26,776 bases of DNA. It comes from Candidatus Cloacimonadota bacterium (lineage in GTDB: Bacteria > Cloacimonadota > Cloacimonadia > Cloacimonadales > WRIO01). Shown here in pieces: positions 8,926-18,651 of this stretch. Where the stretch lies: contig JAKQQL010000226.1 of NCBI GenBank assembly GCA_029564175.1, forward strand, positions 1 to 26,776, read 5' to 3'. Numbering within the stretch: the stretch's first letter is position 1; every line of letters begins with the position of its first letter. The notes below the pieces were generated by a model that worked only from the letters and a program-made list of their open reading frames with translations, made no database searches and had not been told where the DNA came from. The position numbers and the translations under genes were made by a program.

Positions 8926-11900
8926 CTATTTAACGAGCAGCATTTTCTTGCTGAATGTATGTTTTTGTGTTTCCAAACGGTAGAAATAAACGCCGCTGGC
9001 ACACGCATTATTATTTTGATCCTGTCCGTTCCATACGATGGTATGATTACCGGCAGACATTTCTTGATTCACTAAGGTTTTAACCAATTGACCTTTTGCA
9101 TTATAGATATTCAAGCTGACTTTTTCACTGTTTTTTAAGTTAAAAGCAATGTGGGTAACAGGATTGAATGGGTTAGGATAATTTTGCTTTAAAGTAACAG
9201 GTTTAGACAGCATATCATTGTTTGAAAGCATTTCAGTGATCTGAATATCATCGATGATTAAAAGCCACATCATTGGATCACTGTAGCAATGGAATCCAAC
9301 ATTATAATTCCCATCCAAATCAGGACTAAAAGTTGCATTTGCAGTCATATAAGCCGTGTTGGTCATATTGTCATTGGTATAAAGTGCTTCAGTATTCATT
9401 GCTTCTACACTGGCACCATTACCCCATTTCACTTCCAGTTTTTCTGGTAATTCAGCTCCTTCAGGAGATGTCATGATATGGTATTTGAAAGACAAATGAT
9501 ACTGATTTCCTGCAATTAAACTCATAGGTGGCGTAAATATCCAGTCATCCTGAGCTGTTGCAAATGAGAAGGGACAATGTAATGCAGTTGGCTGAGAGTA
9601 AGCGATATCAGTTGTGTTAGGATTGCTGATGGTTTTCCAGGTCGCTGTATCATTGTTGAGATTTAAAACTGTCCAGCCAAGCGGTGTAAGCATTCCAGGA
9701 TAAGCGTCAAAGTTTTCAGTCCATGGGAACTCTGTAATTGCCGGATCTTCCATGGTAGTAAATGACCAAACAGGACAATTTACAGCATCGCCAGCCTGAT
9801 TGTAAGGAACGATCTGCCAGTAATATGTCGTGTTAAAGTTTAACGCAGAATTGACATTATATATCATGATATTGCCTAAATCCTGACCATTCACTAAATT
9901 GTTAGGAGGATTATTAGTTCCCATATAAAGTTTGTAACCCTGTGGAGAGCCAGCAGCCTGTGTCCATCTTAACTGAGGGGTATTGATTACATTTACAGCC
10001 ATATCTAAAGGCGCAACCAGTTCAGCCGGTGAAGGCGGATTGTTGGTATCTCCGTTTTGCCAGGAGATATCATCAATATAAACTGAGCTAAGAGAGTCTG
10101 CGCATACTTTTCTAAATGCGATATGTTTGATTCCGGTTACATTGGTAAAATCAACACTATATTCTGCGTATTCCATACCAGGGCGAATCAGGCTCACAGC
10201 TTCAAATGTAGTTGGATCAGTTGGATTGCTTAGTGTTCCCACTTCAAAACGGGCATTATCCCAAATAGTTTTTGACCAGAATTTTAGCTGATTCACATCA
10301 AAATTGGTGGTTGCAGGACTAACCAGCATTAATGTAGCGCCTGCATCTTCAGGGAAGTTTAATATTTTTACAAATTTATCAGGAGAATGCGCATCTGAAG
10401 TATTAGCAGAAACAACCACATCTGTAAAGGTATTCGTTGCAACCCTGATTTTTGTCCAGTTTTGTGGAAGATTAGGGACAGTTGCAGAATCGAAGGTTTG
10501 TAAAAAGCTGGTAGCTGCCTGAACACCGGTTCCGCTGACGTTGATTGTATTCAAACCAATATAGTTACCACTGATATTGACGGTTAAAACGGCATTAAAC
10601 TCTCCTGCACTCTGTGGAGAAAAAGAGACAGGCACAACTACAGAGTCATTCTCTGCAATGCTTCCGGAGTATGATATTGAAAAAGGAGGGTTAACATCAA
10701 TACCCGTAACATTCAATGTGCCTGCTAAATTCTTTATGATTAAATTTTTGCTAACACTTGAGCCAATACCCACTGCTGAAAAGTTAAGTTCAGCTGGCAT
10801 TAATACAACTTCACCGTCGGTTGGAATTGCTTCTATCATAAAATCATCTATTCTTGTACCATTGGCACTAATCGTACCATCTGTAACGTCTCTAAATCTG
10901 ATTTTGACATTATCTCCTGTATAGTTGCTCAATGAATAAGTCTCAGTTGCCCATACACCATATTCGTTATTGCTCAGCATTCCTAAGATATTCCATGACT
11001 GACCACCATTAGTTGTTACTTCAACGTAAGTGGTATCATGAGCAGGTGTTCTGAAGGCATCAGCATCCATCCATTTTACTTTTAAACGATATCCTGGTGT
11101 TACAGTAAAACGCGGAGAAGTCAGAATAGAAGGATTAGAATGTGCAAATGATACAGCCATACAAGCGGTTTCATCAATACCAAATCCAGCTCTGAGTGTC
11201 CAGTTATTATCTGTTTTACTCCATCCTTCAGGTAACCACTGTTGTAATTCATATCCTGTTAAATCTGCAGGATATTCATCAAAGTTCTGTGTATGAGGTA
11301 ATGAGCTGATCATCACTTCAGTTTTAAATGTCCAGACATTGCCATTAGTTATATTATTGTTATTATCTTTTGCAATCACCTGCCAGTAATACTGAGTATT
11401 AAAAATCAGATTTGTCGGCTGATAAGTACCATTTGTTCCTGTAACACTTGCGTTGTTAACGACTACAGTCATATTTTCAGGACTTGTTCCCATTTTTAAA
11501 TCATAATAAGTGGTATTGCTGCCAAAAGTCCAGTTTAAACTTGTTTCAGGCGCAATTGCAACCGCATTATTTGCAGGTATAGGTTGATCAGGATTACCAG
11601 GCGCCTGGCTTGCATAGTAGAATCTCATATTTGGTAAAGCCTGAGGATAAGCAGCCCATCCTCCATCTTGTGGAAATCCATTATCTCCGCCTAAACAGGC
11701 AACCAGCGTTGTATTTTCAGGGGCATTTGTACTGTTAAACTGAGGACCGCTGTATGTGGAAGTCCCATGTCTGTTTTCCCAGGTAATCAGCAGATTATCG
11801 GTACCATTGTAAGCAAAATCTGTAATATCCAGTATAATCCATCCATTTTGAGCAGTAAATGTACCGTCATAAACCTGTATCCAGCCATTTCCTGTTGTAT

Positions 11901-12207
11901 TTTCATAAGCGGTATTGCCATTCAGATTTTCTAAATTGCTGTGTTTCATATAGACTTTTTGGTTATTAAATACATAAGTAGATTGATTACTTTGATTTAA
12001 AGCGATATGCGTAATTGTTTTAGCTGTCCCCAAATCACTTTGTTTGTAAATCAGCTTTGACCAGCCATAATTCCAGGCTGAGTAAATCGGCATAGTTGTA
12101 TTTGTCGTACCATTTCCGATTTCGACAAAACTTTGAGCATTAAGACTCACTGTTATCAGTAAGCAAAGACCCAATAAGATGCTTACCAATCTGACATGAT
12201 GATTCAT
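8926..12207 (-). CDS. Large secreted modular protein (FN3-like, cleaved-adhesin/choice-of-anchor-J-like and Ig-like modules) with T9SS-CTD/FlgD-Ig-like tail
   Basis: Signal peptide ending SLNA-Q. Two FN3-like modules ('L.FNT.YYWQ...VW.F.T'), each followed by 'P.T.NFD.YP' jelly-roll starts; 'IDDF/IDDI' strand ends; Ig-like 'ELNFSAVGIG...VSFSPQSAGEF...VSGTG'; C-terminus 'QNYPNPFNPVTHIAFNL...SGVYFYRL...KKMLLVK'. GGAGG SD. Confidence 0.85.
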   Translation of the reverse strand: MNHHVRLVSILLGLCLLITVSLNAQSFVEIGNGTTNTTMPIYSAWNYGWSKLIYKQSDLGTAKTITHIALNQSNQSTYVFNNQKVYMKHSNLENLNGNTAYENTTGNGWIQVYDGTFTAQNGWIILDITDFAYNGTDNLLITWENRHGTSTYSGPQFNSTNAPENTTLVACLGGDNGFPQDGGWAAYPQALPNMRFYYASQAPGNPDQPIPANNAVAIAPETSLNWTFGSNTTYYDLKMGTSPENMTVVVNNASVTGTNGTYQPTNLIFNTQYYWQVIAKDNNNNITNGNVWTFKTEVMISSLPHTQNFDEYPADLTGYELQQWLPEGWSKTDNNWTLRAGFGIDETACMAVSFAHSNPSILTSPRFTVTPGYRLKVKWMDADAFRTPAHDTTYVEVTTNGGQSWNILGMLSNNEYGVWATETYSLSNYTGDNVKIRFRDVTDGTISANGTRIDDFMIEAIPTDGEVVLMPAELNFSAVGIGSSVSKNLIIKNLAGTLNVTGIDVNPPFSISYSGSIAENDSVVVPVSFSPQSAGEFNAVLTVNISGNYIGLNTINVSGTGVQAATSFLQTFDSATVPNLPQNWTKIRVATNTFTDVVVSANTSDAHSPDKFVKILNFPEDAGATLMLVSPATTNFDVNQLKFWSKTIWDNARFEVGTLSNPTDPTTFEAVSLIRPGMEYAEYSVDFTNVTGIKHIAFRKVCADSLSSVYIDDISWQNGDTNNPPSPAELVAPLDMAVNVINTPQLRWTQAAGSPQGYKLYMGTNNPPNNLVNGQDLGNIMIYNVNSALNFNTTYYWQIVPYNQAGDAVNCPVWSFTTMEDPAITEFPWTENFDAYPGMLTPLGWTVLNLNNDTATWKTISNPNTTDIAYSQPTALHCPFSFATAQDDWIFTPPMSLIAGNQYHLSFKYHIMTSPEGAELPEKLEVKWGNGASVEAMNTEALYTNDNMTNTAYMTANATFSPDLDGNYNVGFHCYSDPMMWLLIIDDIQITEMLSNNDMLSKPVTLKQNYPNPFNPVTHIAFNLKNSEKVSLNIYNAKGQLVKTLVNQEMSAGNHTIVWNGQDQNNNACASGVYFYRLETQKHTFSKKMLLVK

Positions 12208-12228
12208 GTGTCCTCCGGTTGTTTATTC

Positions 12229-13047
12229 TTAAACAGTGTTACCTGCTTGATTTTCCAGATATTGACTGATATCCTGGCTTCCCATCCAGAAAAACTCAAA
12301 GATGATTTTAAAAGTATTTGCCAAATCTGTCTGCTTGATAATGATAGCGATAATGTCATTCGCCGCATTGTGCTTTTCATTGATAATTAACAATACAAGC
12401 TGATTATCAATAATCGTCATCTTAACAGGTAACTGACTGGCAACCTTTGCTTCTTCACCTTCTTTGAGAAATGTCTTGATACCTTCTTTATAATCCTTAC
12501 GATTCACATCTTTTTCTTCATAGATTGAACGTACTCTGACATCTTTACTAATTTGGCTCATGCTTTTTCCAGATTTTCCAACTGAGACAATAAAGGGTTC
12601 TTTTGAAAAGACAAGAATTTCTTCTTTTGCGTTGTTGATCAGTTCTTGAATACTTTGCCAGATCGCATGTTTATCTCTGATTATCTGCACGACTGAACCA
12701 TTGTTTTCTGATACAGAGCGGTTTGAGTAGATATCTAAGAGCAGATTTTCTACTGAATTAAGCATTTCTATTTTCTGATTCATTTCCTGGTTAATTTTTT
12801 GTTTGATGGAATAGATCGCAATATCAGGAGAAATAGCAGTATATTGCTTAATGTTTTCAGGAATTTCTGCACATAGTCCTTTGTTACACAGAGATGTTAA
12901 AATCTCATAGGTTTTAGGTCTTGGAACACCTGAAGCCTGAGATAACTCACCTGCAGTGCAGCTTTCCCTCTGTAACAGCGTCATATAGATTTTTATCTCA
13001 TACTCAGTCAGTCCAAATTTTTGTAAGGTTTCTATGATATTATCCAT
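12229..13047 (-). CDS. TrmB-family transcriptional regulator (N-terminal wHTH, C-terminal effector-binding domain)
   Basis: 'LQKFGLTEYEIKIYMTLL...TAGELSQASGVPRPKTYEILTSLCNKGL' is the TrmB HTH signature; C-terminal 'LPVKMTIIDN...FKIIFEFFW'. AAGGAG SD. Confidence 0.9.
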   Translation of the reverse strand: MDNIIETLQKFGLTEYEIKIYMTLLQRESCTAGELSQASGVPRPKTYEILTSLCNKGLCAEIPENIKQYTAISPDIAIYSIKQKINQEMNQKIEMLNSVENLLLDIYSNRSVSENNGSVVQIIRDKHAIWQSIQELINNAKEEILVFSKEPFIVSVGKSGKSMSQISKDVRVRSIYEEKDVNRKDYKEGIKTFLKEGEEAKVASQLPVKMTIIDNQLVLLIINEKHNAANDIIAIIIKQTDLANTFKIIFEFFWMGSQDISQYLENQAGNTV

Positions 13048-13261
13048 TTTTTAATCTCCTTTTTACTAATTTTTCTATCTTTTCAATTCTGTCAATACTT
13101 TTGTTGTTACTTCCAGAGACAATATATATAGCTTTTTATGTATCTCTCTTTCTTTTATTAAGTTACTTCTCTAAAAATGCTCATCAATTAATAGATTTTT
13201 ATTTCTCTATTTTGAGCCTCTGCAAGCTTAGTAGCGACTTTTTTCAAGTGCTTTATCTTAA

Positions 13262-13373
13262 ACACTACGTAGTGTCATGTCAAGCTTAAAATGTCCTAGA
13301 TTAGTTTACAATAGCATAACTGAGGACAGTTATGCTTACAATGTAAGTTCAACTATCCTTAGTTGAACTAATC
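13262..13373. promoter_or_regulatory. Cluster of perfect palindromes upstream of trmB (candidate operators or RNA structure)
   Basis: ACACTACGTAGTGT (13262-13275, perfect 14-mer); AGCATAACTG-agga-CAGTTATGCT (13313-13336); AGTTCAACTA-tcct-TAGTTGAACT (13346-13369). Confidence 0.5.
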
Positions 13374-13594
13374 ACATACAACATCCTGTTTATCCAATCG
13401 TTAAAAAATTAGCGTCTGACTATACTTGACAAGACAGTAGCATATACTTGAACTCAACCGGTAGGCATATTCCATATCAGACAGATTGTCTTTGAGTTTC
13501 AGAATATCAAACGAGAAGTGATAAGCATAAAAAGACTGACTCGCTTCAAAAAAATCAGCTAATATTCAAAGAACTCAAAAATAAGATTGGCAAA

Positions 13595-16143
13595 TTAGGG
13601 TATTTTAAATTCAAAACAAAACTCTGCCTGCTTGCATGTTTTATAATTAAAATGACCATTTAGCTGTTCTGTTAGCATCTTAATAAGCTGCATTCCAAAT
13701 CCAGGCGACTGTTCTATTGAAAAGTCCTTCGGTAAGCCAGGCCCGTTATCTGAATATTTCATAAGGATGCGTTGATCTTTAAAACTTGCGCTCAGATTGA
13801 TATGTTTTTCTTTCAGGGAATAAAAACCATACTTGAATGAATTACTGACCAGTTCATTGATGATCAGTCCCAAAGGTGCCAGATATTCTGAAGGCAGATT
13901 AATATCATCTAACTCGACACTGCTAATCACAGGCGTATCTGAATGGAAAGTACCCAGAATATCTTTTAAAAGCTGAGGGATAAAGATCCTTAGATTCAAT
14001 TCAGTATAGCTTTCATATCGAAACAGTTTATCATACAGGACTTTCATGCTTTGCAAGCGATTTGCTGATTCGGTCAGAATCTGCTTAACGGTTGGGTTAT
14101 CCTGATCATGAGCCTGAATCATCAATAAACTGAAAATGGTATTCATGTTGTTTTTGATTCGATGATGCACTTCTCTGAGGATCAGTTCTTTTTCTTTTAA
14201 AAGTTCACTGATTTTTTTTCTTTTTGCTTTCTTTCAGTGATATCGGTAAAAGTTACTGCAAATTTACCCTTTTCAGGAGAAAAGGCTGATACCTCATAGT
14301 ATTTATTCATTTCTTTTATATAATTTTCAAAAACCTTATCTTTTCCACTTTTAACTACTTCTGCATAAGTCTCTATCCAATACTGCTCAATACCAGGAAT
14401 GACTTCCTTAACGGTTTTTCCTAATAACTCAATGGCTTTTAGACCGGTCAGTTTTTCAAAAGCAGGATTCACTTCCAAAAAGCGGTAGTCGATTGCCTTC
14501 CCATTTTCGTCATAAATCATTTCATGTAATGCAAATCCAGATGTCATTTTTTCAAATAAAATCCTGTATCTTTTTTCTGATTCTCTGAGTTCCTGTTCTA
14601 TTTTTTTTTGTCCGCTAATATCTCTGAATTCCACGGTTCTGACTTTTTTCCCTCTATAAGGGATATTTCGGGCTTCCAGCCGTACAGGATACACTTCTCC
14701 ATTTTTTCTAATTCCCATTACTTCATAAGGTTTTTCATATCCTGAGAGAATATTACTCATAACAATATGTCTATCTGATTCTGCAATGAGTAATAAGCCA
14801 TCCATTCCGATTAAATCTTCATAGTTATAACCTGTGATTTCAGACAGCCCTTGATTACACTCGATGATACGTCCTTTATCATGAATCACAATCCCTCCAA
14901 ATGAGGCATTATGTAAGGCTTTGAAGCGTTCCTCGCTTTCTTCGGCACGAAGTCGGGCATTGATCAGGTCATACTCAACCTTTTTCCGGTCATTGATATC
15001 CAGACAATGACCGATGTAACCGATAAAATCTCCTTTATGGTTATAACGGGGTGTCCCTTTATCATAAATCCAGCGATAATCCCCGTCTTTATGCTTGATC
15101 CGATATTCCATTCCAAATGGTTCCTGTTTTTGAAATGCGTTTACATATACATTTATACAGGATTCTTTATCATCTGGATGAAGCCCTTCTGTCCAGCCGT
15201 CACCAATTTCCTCTTCCAAAGTTCTTCCTGTAAATTCAAGCCAGACTTTATTAAAATAAGTACATTTCATATCCGTACCTGATGCCCAGATCAGCCCCTG
15301 ACCTGAATCGGCAAGTGTTCTAAAATGAAACTCACTTTCATTAAGCGCTTCTTCAATCTGTTTTTTCTCTGTATGATCATTGTAAACAGCAACGATTTCT
15401 CCTGATGATAAACGATAGACATAATTACTGTAAAATCTGGTCAGTCGTTTATCTTCATAATGTGCTGCAGGCAAGGTTTCAGGAATACCTGTTTTCCAAA
15501 CTCTGACAAATGCTTCAAATAACCCAAAATCCCGCACACCTGGAAATACTTCAGTAACTTTTTTATTGAGTACATCTTCCCGACGCGTATCAGTCATTAT
15601 CTCGCTGGTTCTGTTAAAATCCCGAATCACAAAATCAGCCCCATCATCAACCGCTTCGTAGATTGCCACGCCTGAGCTGATATTGTCAAACAGAGAATAA
15701 TATCTGAATTCACTTTTCTGAAGTGCCTGTTCTTTTAACTTTTCTTTTTTAATTGACTCGTATAGTTTAAAAGCCATTTTCAATGAAGCAAGTAATACCG
15801 TTTCGCCTGAATCTTTGACAATATATCCATAAGAGGTAATCCCTTCCGTTTTCTCAACAATTTCCGGTTCTGTATGAGAAGAAAGAAAAACCAGCGGGAT
15901 ATCATAATGCTGTAAAATAACAACCGCTGCTTCAGTACCATCCATCCCCATTCCCAGATTGATATCCATTAAAACCAGATCAATCGTTTCCTCTGATTCA
16001 ACTGTTTCAATAGCCTTCTCCCCTGTATTCACGTGAATTACTTGATAATCATTATCAGTAAGAATCCGGATTTGTAACATGGCAATCATAAAATCATCTT
16101 CAACCAGGAGGATTTTCTTTTTTTTCTGATCTGGATTATTCAT
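13595..16143 (-). pseudogene. Hybrid sensor histidine kinase (receiver + 4 PAS + HisKA_2/HATPase), frameshifted at an A8 tract
   Basis: ORF 14197-16143 has a receiver domain (ILLVEDD, LMDINLG, FLSS, YIVK) and four PAS units. ORF 13595-14170 has 'HHRIKNNM', 'INELVSNSFKYG', 'DNGPG', 'GFGMQLI'. One extra A in the T8 run at 14212-14219 fuses them (…EKKISELLKEKELILREVHHRIKNN…, about 849 aa). Start placed at ATG 16143 behind GAGGGG. It may be a programmed or phase-variable gene or a sequencing error rather than a true pseudogene. Confidence 0.85.
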
Positions 16144-16182
16144 TTTTCCCCTCATTCTGATAATCTTTTCCATTGAGTTCGA

Positions 16183-16211
16183 ATCTTATCATATCCAGTC
16201 TCTTTTGTCAA
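16183..16211 (-). promoter_or_regulatory. sigma70 promoter of the histidine kinase gene
   Basis: Minus strand TTGACA (16211-16206), 17 nt, TAAGAT (16188-16183), preceded by TGn (extended -10). Confidence 0.65.
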
Positions 16212-16616
16212 TAAAAAAATATAATCTCTTAAAAAAAAGATAATTTTCATGTTATTTTTCTCTTCCTTCCCTTTTCACTCTCTATTCAAAGATTGACACC
16301 ATTTATGTTTAAAATAAAATGTCAGATGAAGAACCATAACTACAGCGTTTTAAACATTTATCAGACAGTTTTTGAGGAATATACGAAACGAAGCTTATAG
16401 TATTTTCTACTAGCGGGGCGTTTATTGTAGGTGTATTGACAAATTAATGGATTTTTTAAAGCATAGATTTATGAATAACTTTAGGTATCTTCATTTATTA
16501 CTAGGGAATATGGCATGATTCCCTTTTCTCAAAATTATTAAATCCACTGGAAAGCTTATAAGACAAAAAACTGAGCAGTCCCCTTGTGATTAAATCTCAA
16601 AGTTCTCAAAATTAAC

Positions 16617-16644
16617 TTGACAAAAAACCACAGTATAGTAAAAT
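16617..16644 (+). promoter_or_regulatory. sigma70 promoter upstream of the restriction endonuclease gene
   Basis: TTGACA (16617-16622), 16 nt, TAAAAT (16639-16644). A similar pair occurs at 16293-16320. Confidence 0.55.
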
Positions 16645-16754
16645 TCAAACTAATTGATCATTAAGTAGAATTTGCTTTGTGAATAACATTTAATTTAAAA
16701 TATTGGAATTTTTGAAAATAATCATTTTGGCACTTAAAATACTAAGGTATAAGC

Positions 16755-17582
16755 ATGAAAGCAAAGACTGAATTTGAAAAACAGCTAAAAGAATTCGTTA
16801 AGACATTTCAAAGCCACATAAGTTCATCTGACGGGCAATGGACAGTAAAAGGCTTTATTGATATTTGCAAAAAAATATATACAATCTCCGGAGATACAAA
16901 AATACTTTCTAAAATACTGGAAATTCATTTATTCCCAAAGATTATGGAATTTGCCAGCTCTTATGGCTATAAAGTGGTACTCGCAGACCATCAGAACTAC
17001 TACCCTGATATATCATTTATTAAAGAGGGAAATGAGAATTTAAAGTTTGCGGTGGACTTTAAAACGACATACAGGAACGATAAAAAACCATATTTATGTA
17101 ATGGTTTTACGCTAGGTTCACACGGCGAGTATTTTTCAGACAGAAAAAGCAACAAAAATATTCAGTTCCCTTATAGTGAGTATTCAGGGCATTTTTGTCT
17201 TGGAATTATTTATAGCCGGTCTGAAGGTTCATCTATTGATGAGACTCACTGTTATGATATTTCAGCGTTAAAATCCATTTCATCTGCAGTGAAAGACTTT
17301 CAATTTTTTGTAGTCGAAAAATGGAAAATTGCCAGTGATAAAAGTGGTAGCGGTAATACTGCAAATATTGGCAGTATAAATCAAATTGATGACATTATAA
17401 ATGGCAGAGGGATGTTTTCAAAATTAGGTGAAAAATGGTTTGATGATTACTGGATAAATTATAAGAAGATTAAAGTAACTACAGATGACGGGAAATTGAC
17501 TATTATATCCACTCTGAGAGAATTTGTTGAGTACCGAAAAGGTGATGTTAGTTTGATCGTGCCAAAAAGAAACAGGGAGTAA
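16755..17582 (+). CDS. Type II restriction endonuclease, EcoRV family (predicted site GATATC)
   Basis: Motifs match R.EcoRV as I recall it: 'DTKILSKILE', 'QNYYPD' (PD), 'AVDFKTTY' (DxK), 'FTLG', recognition loop 'GSGNTANIGS', 'DYWINY'. Confidence 0.9.
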   Translation: MKAKTEFEKQLKEFVKTFQSHISSSDGQWTVKGFIDICKKIYTISGDTKILSKILEIHLFPKIMEFASSYGYKVVLADHQNYYPDISFIKEGNENLKFAVDFKTTYRNDKKPYLCNGFTLGSHGEYFSDRKSNKNIQFPYSEYSGHFCLGIIYSRSEGSSIDETHCYDISALKSISSAVKDFQFFVVEKWKIASDKSGSGNTANIGSINQIDDIINGRGMFSKLGEKWFDDYWINYKKIKVTTDDGKLTIISTLREFVEYRKGDVSLIVPKRNRE

Positions 17583-17586
17583 CGAA

Positions 17587-18498
17587 TTGAGTAAAAAAAT
17601 ATACGTGCCACCAATCAAGTCTCAAGGAATAAAAACAAAATTAGTACCATGGATTAGTAGTATTGTATCAGAGCATTTTATAAATACATGGATAGAACCA
17701 TTTATGGGGACCGGTGTTGTGGCATACAATATTGCTCCCAAAAAAGCGATTCTATGCGATACAAACCCGCATATTATAAATTTTTATAAAGCCATTCAAA
17801 AAAAAGAAATAACACCAGCTCTTGCAAAAATGTTTTTAAAAGAAGAAGGAGCCTTGTTATCATCAAAAGGAGAAGATCATTTTTATACGATAAGGGAAAG
17901 GTTTAATAAAGAACATAACCCCTTAGATTTTCTCTTTTTAAACCGATCATGCTTCAATGGAATGATAAGATTCAATCGTAAAGGAGAATTTAATGTTCCC
18001 TTCTGTCGAAAACCAGAACGATTTGCACAAGCTTATATTACAAAAATCATCAATCAACTGGAATATGTCTTTTATTTTGTTCAATATAACCATATTGATT
18101 ATATCTGCCAGGATTTCAAGGAGACTATAGCGTTAGCAAAAGAAGGTGATATTATATATTGTGACCCACCTTATATTGACAGGTATGCTGATTATTTTAA
18201 TGGATGGGATGAAGAAAAAGAAAAAGAATTATATATTGCTTTAAAAAATACAAAAGCAACTTTCATATTGTCAACATGGCATCATAATGATTTTAGAAAA
18301 AATGATTATATAGAAAGCCTATGGAGTGAATATCCAATTCTTACAAGAGATCATTTTTACCATGTTGGAGCCAAAGAGTCCAATCGTAACCCAATGGTTG
18401 AGGCTTTAATAACAAATTATTATGCTAATCCAATAGAGTATTGCCAAAAGAATATCGAGCAGTTAACACTTTTTGATTGTAATACGAATAAAGCTTAA
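17587..18498 (+). CDS. N6-adenine DNA methyltransferase, Dam/D12 (alpha) class, M.EcoRV-like
   Basis: 'VPPIKSQGIKTKLVP', motif I 'EPFMGTG', 'LDFLFLNRSCFNGMIRFN', motif IV 'DPPY', 'STWHHND', 'HFYHVGA...NR.PMVEALITN' all match M.EcoRV. TTG start 4 nt after the R stop codon. Confidence 0.93.
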   Translation: MSKKIYVPPIKSQGIKTKLVPWISSIVSEHFINTWIEPFMGTGVVAYNIAPKKAILCDTNPHIINFYKAIQKKEITPALAKMFLKEEGALLSSKGEDHFYTIRERFNKEHNPLDFLFLNRSCFNGMIRFNRKGEFNVPFCRKPERFAQAYITKIINQLEYVFYFVQYNHIDYICQDFKETIALAKEGDIIYCDPPYIDRYADYFNGWDEEKEKELYIALKNTKATFILSTWHHNDFRKNDYIESLWSEYPILTRDHFYHVGAKESNRNPMVEALITNYYANPIEYCQKNIEQLTLFDCNTNKA

Positions 18499-18651
18499 AC
18501 CATCAGCGTATAGTCATACTTAATCTATCAGAACTGATTTACGGCATATTCAAATCATAGTAGACCTGTTTCTGATACTGTTTTTTATGTTTTTTATTGA
18601 CAAATCTATGATATCCTTAAATTTGTATTTGAACTAGAATGCGAGGATAAT

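Noticed and set aside
13595..14170. Stand-alone 191-aa histidine kinase starting at GTG 14170
   Set aside because: It would begin at the phospho-accepting H-box and lack the preceding helix, which is encoded in the same frame upstream. It is the distal half of the frameshifted gene.
16200..18650. Mobile element or prophage carrying the R-M genes
   Set aside because: No integrase, transposase, tRNA target or flanking direct repeats were found by eye.
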